A stretch of 64,000 nucleotides of DNA from an uncultured Verrucomicrobiae bacterium (GTDB lineage: Bacteria; Verrucomicrobiota; Verrucomicrobiia; Chthoniobacterales; UBA10450), in contig CAWFGO010000001.1 of NCBI GenBank assembly GCA_963815455.1, positions 32,001-96,000 on the forward strand, in the 5' to 3' direction. Positions within the stretch are counted from its first letter, which is position 1. The number at the start of each line of letters is the position of its first letter. This document shows, piece by piece, positions 31,658 through 41,285 of the stretch. The notes below the pieces were generated by a model. The model ran no database searches and was not told the origin of the DNA. It saw only the letters and a list, made by a program, of their open reading frames with translations. The position numbers were made by a program, and so were the translations under genes.

Positions 31658-32134
31658 TTACGATTCCGCGAGTTTTGCGATTTCCTCCCGCTTCAACCGA
31701 AACACCGTCCACTCATCCATCGGCGCCGCACCCAGCGCGCGATAAAATTTTATGGCCGGCTCGTTCCAATCGAGCACCGCCCATTCCATCCGGCCGCAAT
31801 CCCGGTCGCGAGCAATCCGGGCCAGATGCGTCAGCAACGCGCGTCCGTAGCCTTTTCCCCGCTCTTCCGGTTTAACGAACAAGTCTTCCAGATACAGACC
31901 CGGGCGCCCCAGCCAGGTGGAAAAATTGTGGAAGAAGACAGCGAAGCCGACCGCCCGATCGTCCTCACAAGCCAGGACCACCTCCGCCGCCGGCCGTTCC
32001 CCGAATAGAACATCGACAAGTTGTTCCTCCGTCGCCGTTACTTCGTTTGGCGCCCGTTCGTATTCGGCGAGATCGCGAATAAGTTGGAGAATTGTCGGCA
32101 CATCGTTTCGCGTGGCTGTTTTTATTGTGATCAT
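31658..32134 (-). CDS. GNAT N-acetyltransferase (SSAT-like)
   Basis: FSTWLGRPGLYLEDLFV..RGKGYG, WAVLDWNEPAIKFY. Confidence 0.93.
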   Translation of the reverse strand: MITIKTATRNDVPTILQLIRDLAEYERAPNEVTATEEQLVDVLFGERPAAEVVLACEDDRAVGFAVFFHNFSTWLGRPGLYLEDLFVKPEERGKGYGRALLTHLARIARDRDCGRMEWAVLDWNEPAIKFYRALGAAPMDEWTVFRLKREEIAKLAES

Positions 32135-32279
32135 TTTAAAATCTCCAAGTTCGTTTTGCTCTCGGCTTACCCTCCGCGAGCTCGTGGACACAATCCACTT
32201 CCCAGCCAGATATTACCGGCCTAATGCAAGCGCGTCTTGACAAACGGCATCCGCGAAGTCAATCGAGTACGTGTCCCGA

Positions 32280-32813
32280 ATGAAAATGGCCGCAAATCTC
32301 TTGCTCGCGGGGCTGCTCGTTTTGGCCGCCGCCGGAATGATGGCCCAGGATGAGCCGAGGCTCGTGCCGGACGTTGTCGATTATCAGAAGTTGATTCCCA
32401 TTTTGCCAAAGGCGCCTGAGGGATGGACCGCGGACGAACCGGAAGGATCGACAGAGGACGTGGGCGGATTCAGGATCACCAACGTGCATCGCGATTATCG
32501 CAAAGGCGAAGGCGATAAAGCGCCGACGGTCGCGATCAGCGTTCTCGATTCGGTCTCCAATCCCGATTACGTGACCGCGACCAGCGCGAGCTGGAATCGA
32601 AACAGTGAAACCCCCGAGGGCTACAGCAAGTCGGTCACGATCGATGGCCACCCGGGATTTGAAGCCTACGAAAAAGAGCAAAAACATGCATCGCTCTGGG
32701 TGATGATCGCGAACCGTTACTTTGTGCAGATCGAACTGCAAAACCAGGATCCCAAGGAGCTGCAGGAATGGATCAAGCGAGTCGATCTCAAAAAACTCGC
32801 CGGGATCAAATGA
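32280..32813 (+). CDS. Secreted hypothetical protein
   Basis: Signal peptide ending MMA-QD; globular composition. Confidence 0.75.
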   Translation: MKMAANLLLAGLLVLAAAGMMAQDEPRLVPDVVDYQKLIPILPKAPEGWTADEPEGSTEDVGGFRITNVHRDYRKGEGDKAPTVAISVLDSVSNPDYVTATSASWNRNSETPEGYSKSVTIDGHPGFEAYEKEQKHASLWVMIANRYFVQIELQNQDPKELQEWIKRVDLKKLAGIK

Positions 32814-32874
32814 ACGTGAGAGTGCGCCTGCGGGCCGGTCATGGACAGGGAAGTTTCTTGCGTCGTGTAACGCT

Positions 32875-33146
32875 TGTCATCCCGAACCGCGAAGACGGCG
32901 AGGGACCTCGCGTCCGTAGTCCACGTTTTCTATTTCCTAGAAGCCAAGCCATTTCATAAATGGCGTCTTACGTTGTAGCCACGACAGCGGAGCGTGCCCT
33001 GAGCGGCAGTCGAATGGGTCGCCGTGTTCCGAGGCCGGAGACGCCCCGACAAAGCGGGGCGGCTACAGCGGGAATATTATGAGATCGCTCGCTTCTAGTG
33101 CGATCAATCGACTCGTGTGAGGTCCTTCACTTCGTTCAGGATGACA
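32875..33146. repeat. Nested composite of REP elements
   Basis: Outer TGTCAT...ATGACA arms, inner TGTAGCC...GGCTACA doublet (32974-33067), innermost CCCTGAGCGGCAGTCGAATGGG. Confidence 0.75.
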
Positions 33147-33202
33147 GATCGTCGAAAAGCGCGGGCGGCCGCTCGTAGCGGCGGAATCACAGCAACATCC
33201 GA

Positions 33203-33967
33203 GTGAAAATCGCGTCCTGGAACATCAATTCGTTGCGTAAACGCCAGGACCGTCTCTTCGCCTGGCTGGAAAGTTCGAAGCCGGACGTCGTTTGTTTGCA
33301 GGAAACCAAATGCAGCGACGATCAATTTCCCGTGCTCGCTTTGCAGGGCGCCGGTTATCATTCCGCGTATCACGGCGAGAAATCGTATAACGGGGTGGCG
33401 ATTCTTTCGAAAATGGAACCGCAAGAGGTGCGCGTGTCCCTCTGCGATGAAGTTGTCGATCCTCAAGCGCGCGTGATTTCGGCGAAGATCGACAATATTC
33501 GCGTGTTCTCCATTTACGCGCCAAATGGTCAGGCCGTCGGGTCGCCCGCCTATCACTACAAGCTCGATTGGTTCCGGCGGCTGCGCGATTGTCTGGCCAG
33601 GGAAAATTCTCTCGATCTTCTCGTGTGCGGCGATTTCAACGTCGCGCCCGAGGATGTCGATGTTCACGCACCCGATTTGTGGCGCGGCGCGATCATGTGT
33701 TCGGTCAAGGAACGACGGGCGTTCCAAGAACTAGGCAGGATCGGATTGCGCGACACTTTCCGGCTTCATCATCCCGAGGGCGATCTTTTCAGCTGGTGGG
33801 ATTACCGAATGCTCGCGTTTCCAAAAAACCGCGGCTTGCGCATCGACGCCATCCTGGCCGGCGAACCGTTGGCGAAAAAATGTTCCGATGCCGGAATCGA
33901 TCGGGAAATGCGCAAAGGAAAAGAACCTTCCGATCACGCCCCGGTTTGGGCACAATTCGAATTGTAG
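33203..33967 (+). CDS. xth: Exodeoxyribonuclease III
   Basis: ASWNINS, LQETK, YNGVA, GDFNVAP, SDHAPV. Confidence 0.96.
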   Translation: MKIASWNINSLRKRQDRLFAWLESSKPDVVCLQETKCSDDQFPVLALQGAGYHSAYHGEKSYNGVAILSKMEPQEVRVSLCDEVVDPQARVISAKIDNIRVFSIYAPNGQAVGSPAYHYKLDWFRRLRDCLARENSLDLLVCGDFNVAPEDVDVHAPDLWRGAIMCSVKERRAFQELGRIGLRDTFRLHHPEGDLFSWWDYRMLAFPKNRGLRIDAILAGEPLAKKCSDAGIDREMRKGKEPSDHAPVWAQFEL

Positions 33968-33992
33968 CGGCGGTCTCCGACCGTCGCCCTAG

Positions 33993-35846
33993 ATGAAATC
34001 TAATATCCACGTCTCAAATCTCCCGCCCAAACCGCTCCTGATCTGGGATGGCGACTGCCACTTTTGCAAACATTGGATTGAGCGCTGGCGCGAGATCACC
34101 GGCGGCAAAATCGACTACGCCACTTATCAGGATTTTGCCGACCGTTTCCCAGAAATTCCGCGCGCCCAATTTGAGCGCTCCGTTGTGTTCATCGACCAGA
34201 ACGGCAAAGCATTTTTCGCCGCCGAGGCCGTTTATCGCTCGTTGGGATGTCGATCTTCCCGAAGATGGATGGCCTGGAGTTACGATCATGTTCCAGGATT
34301 CGCCGCCGTCTCCGAGGCGGCCTACAAACTTATCGCGCGTCATCGCGGTTTCGGTTCGGCTGTTACCCGATTGCTCTGGGGAAACGATGTCCGGCCACCG
34401 ACTTATTTTTGGGCGAGAAAATGGTTTCTGCGCGCGCTCGGGTTTGTCTATTTGATCGCCTTTGCTTCGCTTTGGGTACAGGTGGACGGCCTCATCGGGG
34501 CAAACGGAATCTGGCCGATTAAAGAGGTTCTGCCTGTGGCTCAGGCGCAGCTTGGCTCGCATGCATATTCCCTTCTTCCTACCCTTTGCTGGTTCAATGC
34601 GAGCGACGGTTTTCTCCATTTCCTGTGCGGTGGCGGCGTTGTTTTTTCATTGATCCTGATTGCCGAAATCGCGCCGGCAATTTCGCTAATCGTCCTTTTT
34701 GTTTTTTATCTGTCGCTCACCATTGCCGGCCAGACGTTCCTGAATTTTCAATGGGACGTGCTCCTGCTCGAGATCGGATTCCTGTCGATCTTCTTCGCTC
34801 CGTGGCGAATTTGGCCGCGGTCAACGCCCGCGGCTACAGCGCCCGTGTCGCGCGCGGGTTTGTTCTTGCTCAAGTTTCTTCTGTTCAAATTGATGCTGAT
34901 GTCAGGTGTCGTGAAACTGACCAGCGGCGATGATTCCTGGTGGAACCTGACCGCGCTCGATTACCATTACTGGTCGCAACCGTTGCCGACAGTTTTTGCC
35001 TGGTGGGCCGACAAGAGCCCGGAATGGTTCAAACATTTTTCCGTCGCGTTTTGCCTGGTAGTCGAAATCGTCGTCCCGTTTTTCATTTGGGCCCCGCGAC
35101 GTCCGCGACTGGTTGCGGCCGGTTTGTTGGTCTTTCTGCAAATCGCGATCGCCATCACCGGCAACTATTGCTTCTTCAATTTGCTGACAATCGCATTGTG
35201 TTTGTTGCTGGTTGATGACGCCGCGCTGGGACTGAAAATGCCGGCGGTCAGAGACCGCCGCTACAGTGATAGATTGTCGATCTACGCCGGAGTTGCAGCG
35301 ATTGTAATCACTCTTCCCATCAGCGCGTGGCTGATTTACACGGGCTTTAAACCCGAGGCGCAATGGCCGCGGCCGCTCGAGATTGTTTACGGGCGATTGG
35401 AATCGTTCCGGATTGCTAACGGCTACGGACTCTTTCGGGTGATGACAAAGGATCGACTCGAAATTGTGATCGAAGGCAGTGCCGATGGAGTCGCGTGGCG
35501 GCCGTACGAATTCAAATGGAAACCGGGCGACGTGATGCGCGCGCCGGGATGGTGCGCGCCGCATCAACCGCGCCTGGATTGGCAGATGTGGTTCGCCGCG
35601 CTGGGGACGCCACAAAACAATCCATGGTTAGCTCGCACGCTCATCTGCTTGCTCCAGGGCAAGCGCGACGTGGAAGAGCTCTTTGCCCGAAATCCGTTTC
35701 CGGATGCGCCGCCTCATTACATTCGCGCCATGTTCTATCGCTATCGTTTCACGACAGAGCAGGAACGTCAGGAAACCGGCGCGTGGTGGACCCGCCAGGA
35801 ACTGCGCGAATACATGCCGGCATTTTCGCTCGATCAGCTGAGGTAG
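33993..35846 (+). CDS. DCC (DUF393) thiol-disulfide domain fused to lipase maturation factor family protein
   Basis: WDGDCHFC; FQWDVLLLE, HYWSQPLP, GYGLFRVMT, APHQPRLDWQMWFAAL. Confidence 0.9.
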   Translation: MKSNIHVSNLPPKPLLIWDGDCHFCKHWIERWREITGGKIDYATYQDFADRFPEIPRAQFERSVVFIDQNGKAFFAAEAVYRSLGCRSSRRWMAWSYDHVPGFAAVSEAAYKLIARHRGFGSAVTRLLWGNDVRPPTYFWARKWFLRALGFVYLIAFASLWVQVDGLIGANGIWPIKEVLPVAQAQLGSHAYSLLPTLCWFNASDGFLHFLCGGGVVFSLILIAEIAPAISLIVLFVFYLSLTIAGQTFLNFQWDVLLLEIGFLSIFFAPWRIWPRSTPAATAPVSRAGLFLLKFLLFKLMLMSGVVKLTSGDDSWWNLTALDYHYWSQPLPTVFAWWADKSPEWFKHFSVAFCLVVEIVVPFFIWAPRRPRLVAAGLLVFLQIAIAITGNYCFFNLLTIALCLLLVDDAALGLKMPAVRDRRYSDRLSIYAGVAAIVITLPISAWLIYTGFKPEAQWPRPLEIVYGRLESFRIANGYGLFRVMTKDRLEIVIEGSADGVAWRPYEFKWKPGDVMRAPGWCAPHQPRLDWQMWFAALGTPQNNPWLARTLICLLQGKRDVEELFARNPFPDAPPHYIRAMFYRYRFTTEQERQETGAWWTRQELREYMPAFSLDQLR

Positions 35847-35897
35847 GATCGACAATCGCGCCTTGGCGGGACGAGTGTTAGCGAGTATTCTTCGGCG

Positions 35898-36116
35898 ATG
35901 GCAAAGGAAGATCCCATCGTGGCGGAAGGAACGGTGACTCAGGTGTTGCCGGGCACAATGTTTCGTGTCGATCTTCCCGGCCAGCGCAATGTGCTGGCGC
36001 ACATCTCCGGTAAGATGCGTAAGCATTTCATTCGCATCGTGCCGGGCGACAAGGTCTCGGTGGAGCTTTCCCCTTACGATCTGACCAAGGCGCGGATCAT
36101 CTTTCGCGAACAATAG
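35898..36116 (+). CDS. infA: Translation initiation factor IF-1
   Basis: [33 protein letters not shown]. Confidence 0.98.
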   Translation: MAKEDPIVAEGTVTQVLPGTMFRVDLPGQRNVLAHISGKMRKHFIRIVPGDKVSVELSPYDLTKARIIFREQ

Positions 36117-36253
36117 CTGCCAGGGATACGGCGAAGGTAAGCGCGATCCGCGCGCGATTTTCGTTTCTATATATAAAAGATTTTCTGGCGCAGCGTTTGC
36201 TCAAAATGCCAAGCGCGCGGATATTTAGAGCAACACTAACTGGAGATTGACCA

Positions 36254-36604
36254 ATGCCTGAAGAAAACAAACATCGAGCGACTGGAATGGCAGACGCACA
36301 GAACAAATTCGAGAGCAGCAAGACACACGCACGGAAAGCAGCCGAGGACCTACGTTCGGCCGCCGGCGCAGTGGCCGGTGAATACCGCGGCCGGGCTGAG
36401 GAAGCCTGGGACGAAGCGCGCGGCAAGGCTGAAGAGGCCTGGGGTGAAACCCGGGGCAAAGCCGAACACGCCTGGGGCGAAGCCCGCGAGCGCGTCCGCA
36501 CGTTTCAAGAGGACGCCGAGGAATACGTCCGCGAGAATCCGACCAAGGCGGTTTTCACTGCGCTAGGGATCGGTTTTGTTCTCGGCCTGATTTTCCGGCG
36601 TTAA
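36254..36604 (+). CDS. DUF883 (ElaB/YqjD) family protein
   Basis: YVRENPTKAV..ALGIGFVLGLIFRR tail; three 11-aa repeats. Confidence 0.88.
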   Translation: MPEENKHRATGMADAQNKFESSKTHARKAAEDLRSAAGAVAGEYRGRAEEAWDEARGKAEEAWGETRGKAEHAWGEARERVRTFQEDAEEYVRENPTKAVFTALGIGFVLGLIFRR

Positions 36605-36614
36605 TTCCTCGCTA

Positions 36615-37046
36615 ATGACTGGCGAGACCATGCGGTCCCGCAATCCCGCGGGGCGCGCCGGCTTTTTCAATAATTTGCTGGCGTTCGTTAATGCGCTGGC
36701 TGCATTTATTGAGAGTCGTCTCGCGCTTTTCGCGAAAGAGTCAAAGGCGGCGGTTGGCCAGTTACTGGGCGTGCTGGCCTGCCTCGTTGCGGCACTACTG
36801 TTCCTTGCCGTGGGATACGGCTTCCTGATCGTGGGAGCGATCGCCGGGATCGCCAGGCTCCTCCAAGTACCGTGGCTCTGGGTCGCTCTCGCGGCGGCCG
36901 GTGTGCATTTCGTGCTCGTCCTGATTTTATTGCTGGTCGCGCGCACCCTGATGATAAGGCCGCCGTTTCGTGAGCTGACAGCGGAATTAAAGAAAGATCG
37001 AGAATGGCTAAAGAATCTGGACGAAACAGACCAGTCGACGAACTGA
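36615..37046 (+). CDS. YqjE-like/phage holin family membrane protein
   Basis: RLALFAKE, two TM helices, ELKKDREWL; DUF883 operon context. Confidence 0.82.
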   Translation: MTGETMRSRNPAGRAGFFNNLLAFVNALAAFIESRLALFAKESKAAVGQLLGVLACLVAALLFLAVGYGFLIVGAIAGIARLLQVPWLWVALAAAGVHFVLVLILLLVARTLMIRPPFRELTAELKKDREWLKNLDETDQSTN

Positions 37047-37378
37047 AAGAAGAGATCGCCGTCTCGCGCGAGGAAGTCTCCCGCAATCTTCGCGGGTTGC
37101 GCTACGAATTGGATTTGCCGCGAAAGATCCGGAACTCATTTCGCGATGAGCCGCTCCCCTGGATTACAACGGCAGCAGCGGTGGGGATTTTCATCGTTCT
37201 AATGGCCACTCGCCGCAAAAGGGCTCACGTTGATGTAAAAGCCCTCGCCAAACCACCCGGCAAACTTCTAACGGTGGGGTTTGCCTTGGGCGCCTTGCGG
37301 ATTGCCGCCGGTTTGCTCAAGCCGGTAATCCTCCGTTTTGTGGAAAAAAAAGTACGAGACTACACAAGCGAATCCTGA
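37004..37378 (+). CDS. YqjK-like hypothetical protein
   Basis: Third gene of the DUF883 operon; coiled segment plus TM helix. Confidence 0.65.
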   Translation: MAKESGRNRPVDELKEEIAVSREEVSRNLRGLRYELDLPRKIRNSFRDEPLPWITTAAAVGIFIVLMATRRKRAHVDVKALAKPPGKLLTVGFALGALRIAAGLLKPVILRFVEKKVRDYTSES

Positions 37379-37463
37379 AGGAAATCGTAGGGCGCCCTGT
37401 CCAGCGACCCGGATTTTGAGTTTACGCGCGGGCCGCGGCGCGTGATTATCTCGGCACCGCGCA

Positions 37464-38573
37464 ATGATTGCGAAATTTACTGAAAAGACCGGCGCCACCC
37501 AGTCGCATCCGCTGGCCCATGTCGATGACTATTTGGCGATCGGCCAGCAAGCTGGCGCGTCCGATATTCACCTTGGCGTAAATGTCCCGCCGATCTGGCG
37601 ATTGCACGGAACGCTCCAACCGATCTGGCCAGACGCTCCCTCTCTCACCGCAAAACAAACCAAAGCGCTGGCGGAAGGCTTTCTAGCCGACGCACAAAAG
37701 GCTCAGCTGACCGAGCGCGGCGATGCCGATTTTGCCTATGCGAATTCGTTTGGCCGGTTTCGCACGAGCGTGGTGCGCCAACGGCTCGGCGTCGATGTTG
37801 TTTTCCGCATCATCAACACCGCCGTCCGCACGATGGACGAGCTTGGTTTGCCCGAGCACCTCAAACTCCTTACGCGTTATCAGAACGGTCTGATTCTCGT
37901 GACCGGGTCCGTAGGCAGCGGCAAATCGACAACATTAGCCGCGCTGGTCGATCAAATTAACGTCGAACGCCGCGAGCACATCATTACACTGGAGGACCCG
38001 ATCGAGTACATCCTGGAACCGAAAGGATGCCACATCACGCAGCGCGAGGTGCACACGCACACACGTTCGTTCGGGGCCGCGCTGCGCGGCGCACTACGGG
38101 AAGATCCCGATGTGATCATGGTGGGCGAAATGCGCGACCTGGAAACCATCTCGCTCGCCATTACCGCCTCCGAGACCGGCCATCTGGTGTTGGGAACGCT
38201 GCACACCAGCAACGCCTCGCGGACGCTCGACCGCTTGCTGGACGTGTTTCCGGTCGATCAACAGGAACAAATTCGAGTCATGGTGAGCGAATCGTTGCGC
38301 GGAATTATTAGCCAGCAACTGGTGCCGCGTCTCGATGGCCAGGGGCGCGTTCTTGCCCTTGAAATACTAACGAACACGCCGGCCGTGGCCAACGTCATTC
38401 GTGAAGCCAAGACTTTCATGCTGCCTGGCATCATTCAGACCGGCAAGAAACAAGGGATGCAACTAATGGACGATGCCCTTGTCGATCTTTATAGAGGCGG
38501 GCTCATCAGCGCCGAAGAAGCCTACGCCCGGGCCGATCAAAAACAGGAAATGCGGACGCAGCTCGCGAAATGA
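37464..38573 (+). CDS. pilT: Type IV pilus retraction ATPase PilT family
   Basis: ASDIH, TGSVGSGKSTT, EDPIE, ALREDPD, GEMRD, TLHT. Confidence 0.93.
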   Translation: MIAKFTEKTGATQSHPLAHVDDYLAIGQQAGASDIHLGVNVPPIWRLHGTLQPIWPDAPSLTAKQTKALAEGFLADAQKAQLTERGDADFAYANSFGRFRTSVVRQRLGVDVVFRIINTAVRTMDELGLPEHLKLLTRYQNGLILVTGSVGSGKSTTLAALVDQINVERREHIITLEDPIEYILEPKGCHITQREVHTHTRSFGAALRGALREDPDVIMVGEMRDLETISLAITASETGHLVLGTLHTSNASRTLDRLLDVFPVDQQEQIRVMVSESLRGIISQQLVPRLDGQGRVLALEILTNTPAVANVIREAKTFMLPGIIQTGKKQGMQLMDDALVDLYRGGLISAEEAYARADQKQEMRTQLAK

Positions 38574-38702
38574 CGAAACACGAATGACGAATTACGAAAC
38601 AATGACGAATTACGAAGCCCGAACCTCAGCGTTCGAGCAGACTTCGTCATTCGGATTTCGTTATTCCTTCGTGCTTCGTCATTCGTCATTCGTCATTCAG
38701 TC
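38570..38702. repeat. Inverted heptamer (ATGACGA/TCGTCAT) repeat element
   Basis: Tandem AATGACG arms facing CGTCATT arms; related copy at 45120-45260. Confidence 0.8.
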
Positions 38703-39872
38703 ATGGCTTACCTGGATCAATTCCTAAGCGTGATTGTCGATCAAGGCGGGTCCGACTTGCACATTGGCGAAGGGCAACCGCCCAAAATGCGCCGGCATGG
38801 CGACGTGATGCCGATCCGCGAGGAGCCGGTGTTGCGCGACGAGGCGATGTCGATGTTGAGCGAGGTTTGTGGCGAACATAACTGGAAGATCTTCGAGGAC
38901 CGCGGCGATCTCGATTTTGCTTACGAGATGGATCAGAAATCGCGGTTCCGCTGCAATTACCTAATGCAGGCAAACGGTTACGGTGCGGTCTTTCGTTTGA
39001 TTCCGAGAAAAATCGCTACGCTGGAAGAGCTCGGCATTCCCCTGGTGGTCAAGGAATTTGGTCATTTGCGCGGCGGGCTGGTCCTCGTCACCGGCCCGAC
39101 CGGTTCCGGGAAATCGACCACGCTGGCAGCACTGGTCGATTACATTAATGAAAATTTCTCTCGCCACATCGTGACGATCGAAGAGCCGATCGAGTTTGTG
39201 CACGACACCAAGCGCAGTGTCATCACCCAGCGTGAAGTGCCCGGCGATTCGGAATCCTTTCCGACCGCACTGAAGGCCGCGCTGCGCGAGGATGCCGACA
39301 TCGTTCTGGTGGGCGAAATGCGGGACTTGGAAACGATCTCGCTCGCGCTCACGGCCGCGGAGACCGGCCTTCTTGTTTTCGGGACCTTGCACACCAATAA
39401 TGCGCGAAAGACGGTCGATCGCATGGTGGATGTTTTCCCATCGGCCCGGCAAGAGCAGGCCCGTGCCATGCTCGCCAATTCGCTGCGCGGTGTTCTGGCC
39501 CAGTTGCTCTTGAAAAAAGCGGACGGTTCCGGCCGAGTCGCCGTGAATGAGATCTTGATCTCAAATCCCGCGGTCGCGTCCATCATTCGTGAAGGGTCGA
39601 CCCAAAAACTCCAGGACGTGATCGTCTCCGGCAAAAGCCAGGGCATGCAGTTTATGGACGACGCCATTTGGGCGCTGTTGCAACAAGGCATCGTCACACC
39701 GCACGAAGCCTTCATGAAAGCGATCGACAAGAATCGATTTAAGAATTTTTTGCCGCCCGAAGATCAGCATCTCGGCGACGCGGCCGGAGCTGCGCCAGGC
39801 GACGAGAAACGCGCGCCCGGAGACTTCGTCAAGCGCGCTGGCGCCGGTGCCGTTCGCGGGCCACGGCGGTAG
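38703..39872 (+). CDS. pilT: Second PilT/PilU-family ATPase
   Basis: GSDLH, TGPTGSGKSTT, EEPIE, ALREDAD, TLHT. Confidence 0.9.
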   Translation: MAYLDQFLSVIVDQGGSDLHIGEGQPPKMRRHGDVMPIREEPVLRDEAMSMLSEVCGEHNWKIFEDRGDLDFAYEMDQKSRFRCNYLMQANGYGAVFRLIPRKIATLEELGIPLVVKEFGHLRGGLVLVTGPTGSGKSTTLAALVDYINENFSRHIVTIEEPIEFVHDTKRSVITQREVPGDSESFPTALKAALREDADIVLVGEMRDLETISLALTAAETGLLVFGTLHTNNARKTVDRMVDVFPSARQEQARAMLANSLRGVLAQLLLKKADGSGRVAVNEILISNPAVASIIREGSTQKLQDVIVSGKSQGMQFMDDAIWALLQQGIVTPHEAFMKAIDKNRFKNFLPPEDQHLGDAAGAAPGDEKRAPGDFVKRAGAGAVRGPRR

Positions 39873-39890
39873 CATTCTCAAACGGCCCGC

Positions 39891-40769
39891 CTAACCGCGG
39901 CGGCGTTTGCGGGCCCGGGCTTCGAGCTGCTGTGCTTTGCGCACTTTGCCGAGTGAGCGCAACAAGTCGGCATAATTCGAGGCGACGATTTCGTAATCTT
40001 CGGGCGGCGTCTCCGTCGTCTCTTCCCAGGTCTCGAGCGACGCGCGATAAAGCTCGGCCGCTTTGGCGTAATCGCCGCGCGAATGATAGACCACGGCGAG
40101 GTTACACTTCGATTGCGCGATGTCGGGGTGCGCCGGCGGCAGTGATTTCTCGCGAATATCCAGCGCGCGCAGATGGATCTTTTCCGCCTCGGCGTATCGG
40201 CGCTCGTTGGTATAAAACACGGCCAGATTATTGAGAACCGACGCGACGTCGGGATGATTTGGCCCGAGCTGTTTCTCGTAGATTTCCAGCGCGTGCAAAT
40301 AATATGGCTCGGCTGCTTTTTGCCGCCCGGATTTGCGAAAAATCAGCGCGACATTGTTGAGCATCGTGCCCAGATCCGAATACGGCAGATCGTCCAGCTC
40401 GGTCCCGGCGGCGATGGCCTTTTCGTAGAAGCGGATCGCTTCTTCCGACTGGCCAAGGTTGTCGCACAAGAAAGCCAGGCGGCGAGCGGACTGAAAAATC
40501 GCGGGACCGTCGGGCACCGTTGCTTTGTCTAAAATGGAATGCGCCTTGAGGAGGTGCGCCTTCGCCGCGGTGCGATCACCGGCTTGATCGAGAAGTTGCC
40601 CAAGCTTTTCGTAACTCAACGCCAGTGAGCCGTCGTTATCGGGAAAGGCGCGCTTGGCCAAGTCGAGCGCGGTTTCGGCAATGCGAATCGCTTCGGGGAG
40701 ACGATTACTGGCGCGAAGGTTGTCGAGCTTGTCGTTGAGAATGACCCATAGCTTTTGCTCGCCTTTCAT
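39891..40769 (-). CDS. Tetratricopeptide repeat protein
   Basis: Repeated LNNLA..Y..AE..ALEI.EK.LGP.HPDVA. Confidence 0.9.
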   Translation of the reverse strand: MKGEQKLWVILNDKLDNLRASNRLPEAIRIAETALDLAKRAFPDNDGSLALSYEKLGQLLDQAGDRTAAKAHLLKAHSILDKATVPDGPAIFQSARRLAFLCDNLGQSEEAIRFYEKAIAAGTELDDLPYSDLGTMLNNVALIFRKSGRQKAAEPYYLHALEIYEKQLGPNHPDVASVLNNLAVFYTNERRYAEAEKIHLRALDIREKSLPPAHPDIAQSKCNLAVVYHSRGDYAKAAELYRASLETWEETTETPPEDYEIVASNYADLLRSLGKVRKAQQLEARARKRRRG

Positions 40770-40775
40770 CGAACA

Positions 40776-41285
40776 TCACCAGCCCTCGCTCAATTGACTA
40801 ACCAACCGCGTCGCCAGCTCTTCCGTTGCCAGCGGCAACGCCTGGCGTTCATCCGTGGTCACGTCCGTGCCGACGAAGAAACTCGTCGTGCCAACCGCTT
40901 CGGCAGGCGGCGCCAGCGGCTTTCCGTCGCGACCGACCAGCGTGTATCTCACGCGCATGTTTAGGTTGAATTCGGTCGTGGCGAGCACGTTGCCACGCAC
41001 CGAACGCGCCGGGGAACGGCCGATGTGAATGATATCGCCTTTCAACGTCGCATCGGCGTTTTCATCGCTGGCAATCCGAAATGTGCCATCTTGTTGAAAC
41101 TGCTTGATCACTGTGGATGTAAGTAATACTTCGATCCGCGGGATCAGCGTGGAGTTCTTGAAAGTCGGCACTGCAATCGAGTGAATCTCGCGGAGGTAGT
41201 AAGGTTTCGCCGGGCCGATGTGATAGCCCAGGCAACCGGTTAGGCACAAGCCGGAGATAATGATTGCCCCTGAGAAAGCTTTCAC
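40776..41285 (-). CDS. lptE: LPS assembly lipoprotein LptE family
   Basis: Lipobox LTGC, GYH, SIAVPTFKN; coupled to bamD. Confidence 0.8.
   Translation of the reverse strand: MKAFSGAIIISGLCLTGCLGYHIGPAKPYYLREIHSIAVPTFKNSTLIPRIEVLLTSTVIKQFQQDGTFRIASDENADATLKGDIIHIGRSPARSVRGNVLATTEFNLNMRVRYTLVGRDGKPLAPPAEAVGTTSFFVGTDVTTDERQALPLATEELATRLVSQLSEGW

Noticed and set aside
36615..37046. Prophage lysis gene
   Set aside because: The holin-family label reflects the chromosomal YqjD/E/K-type operon; no phage genes are nearby.
38570..38702. Possible CRISPR array
   Set aside because: Units are 7-nt tandem repeats without unique spacers, and no cas genes are present.
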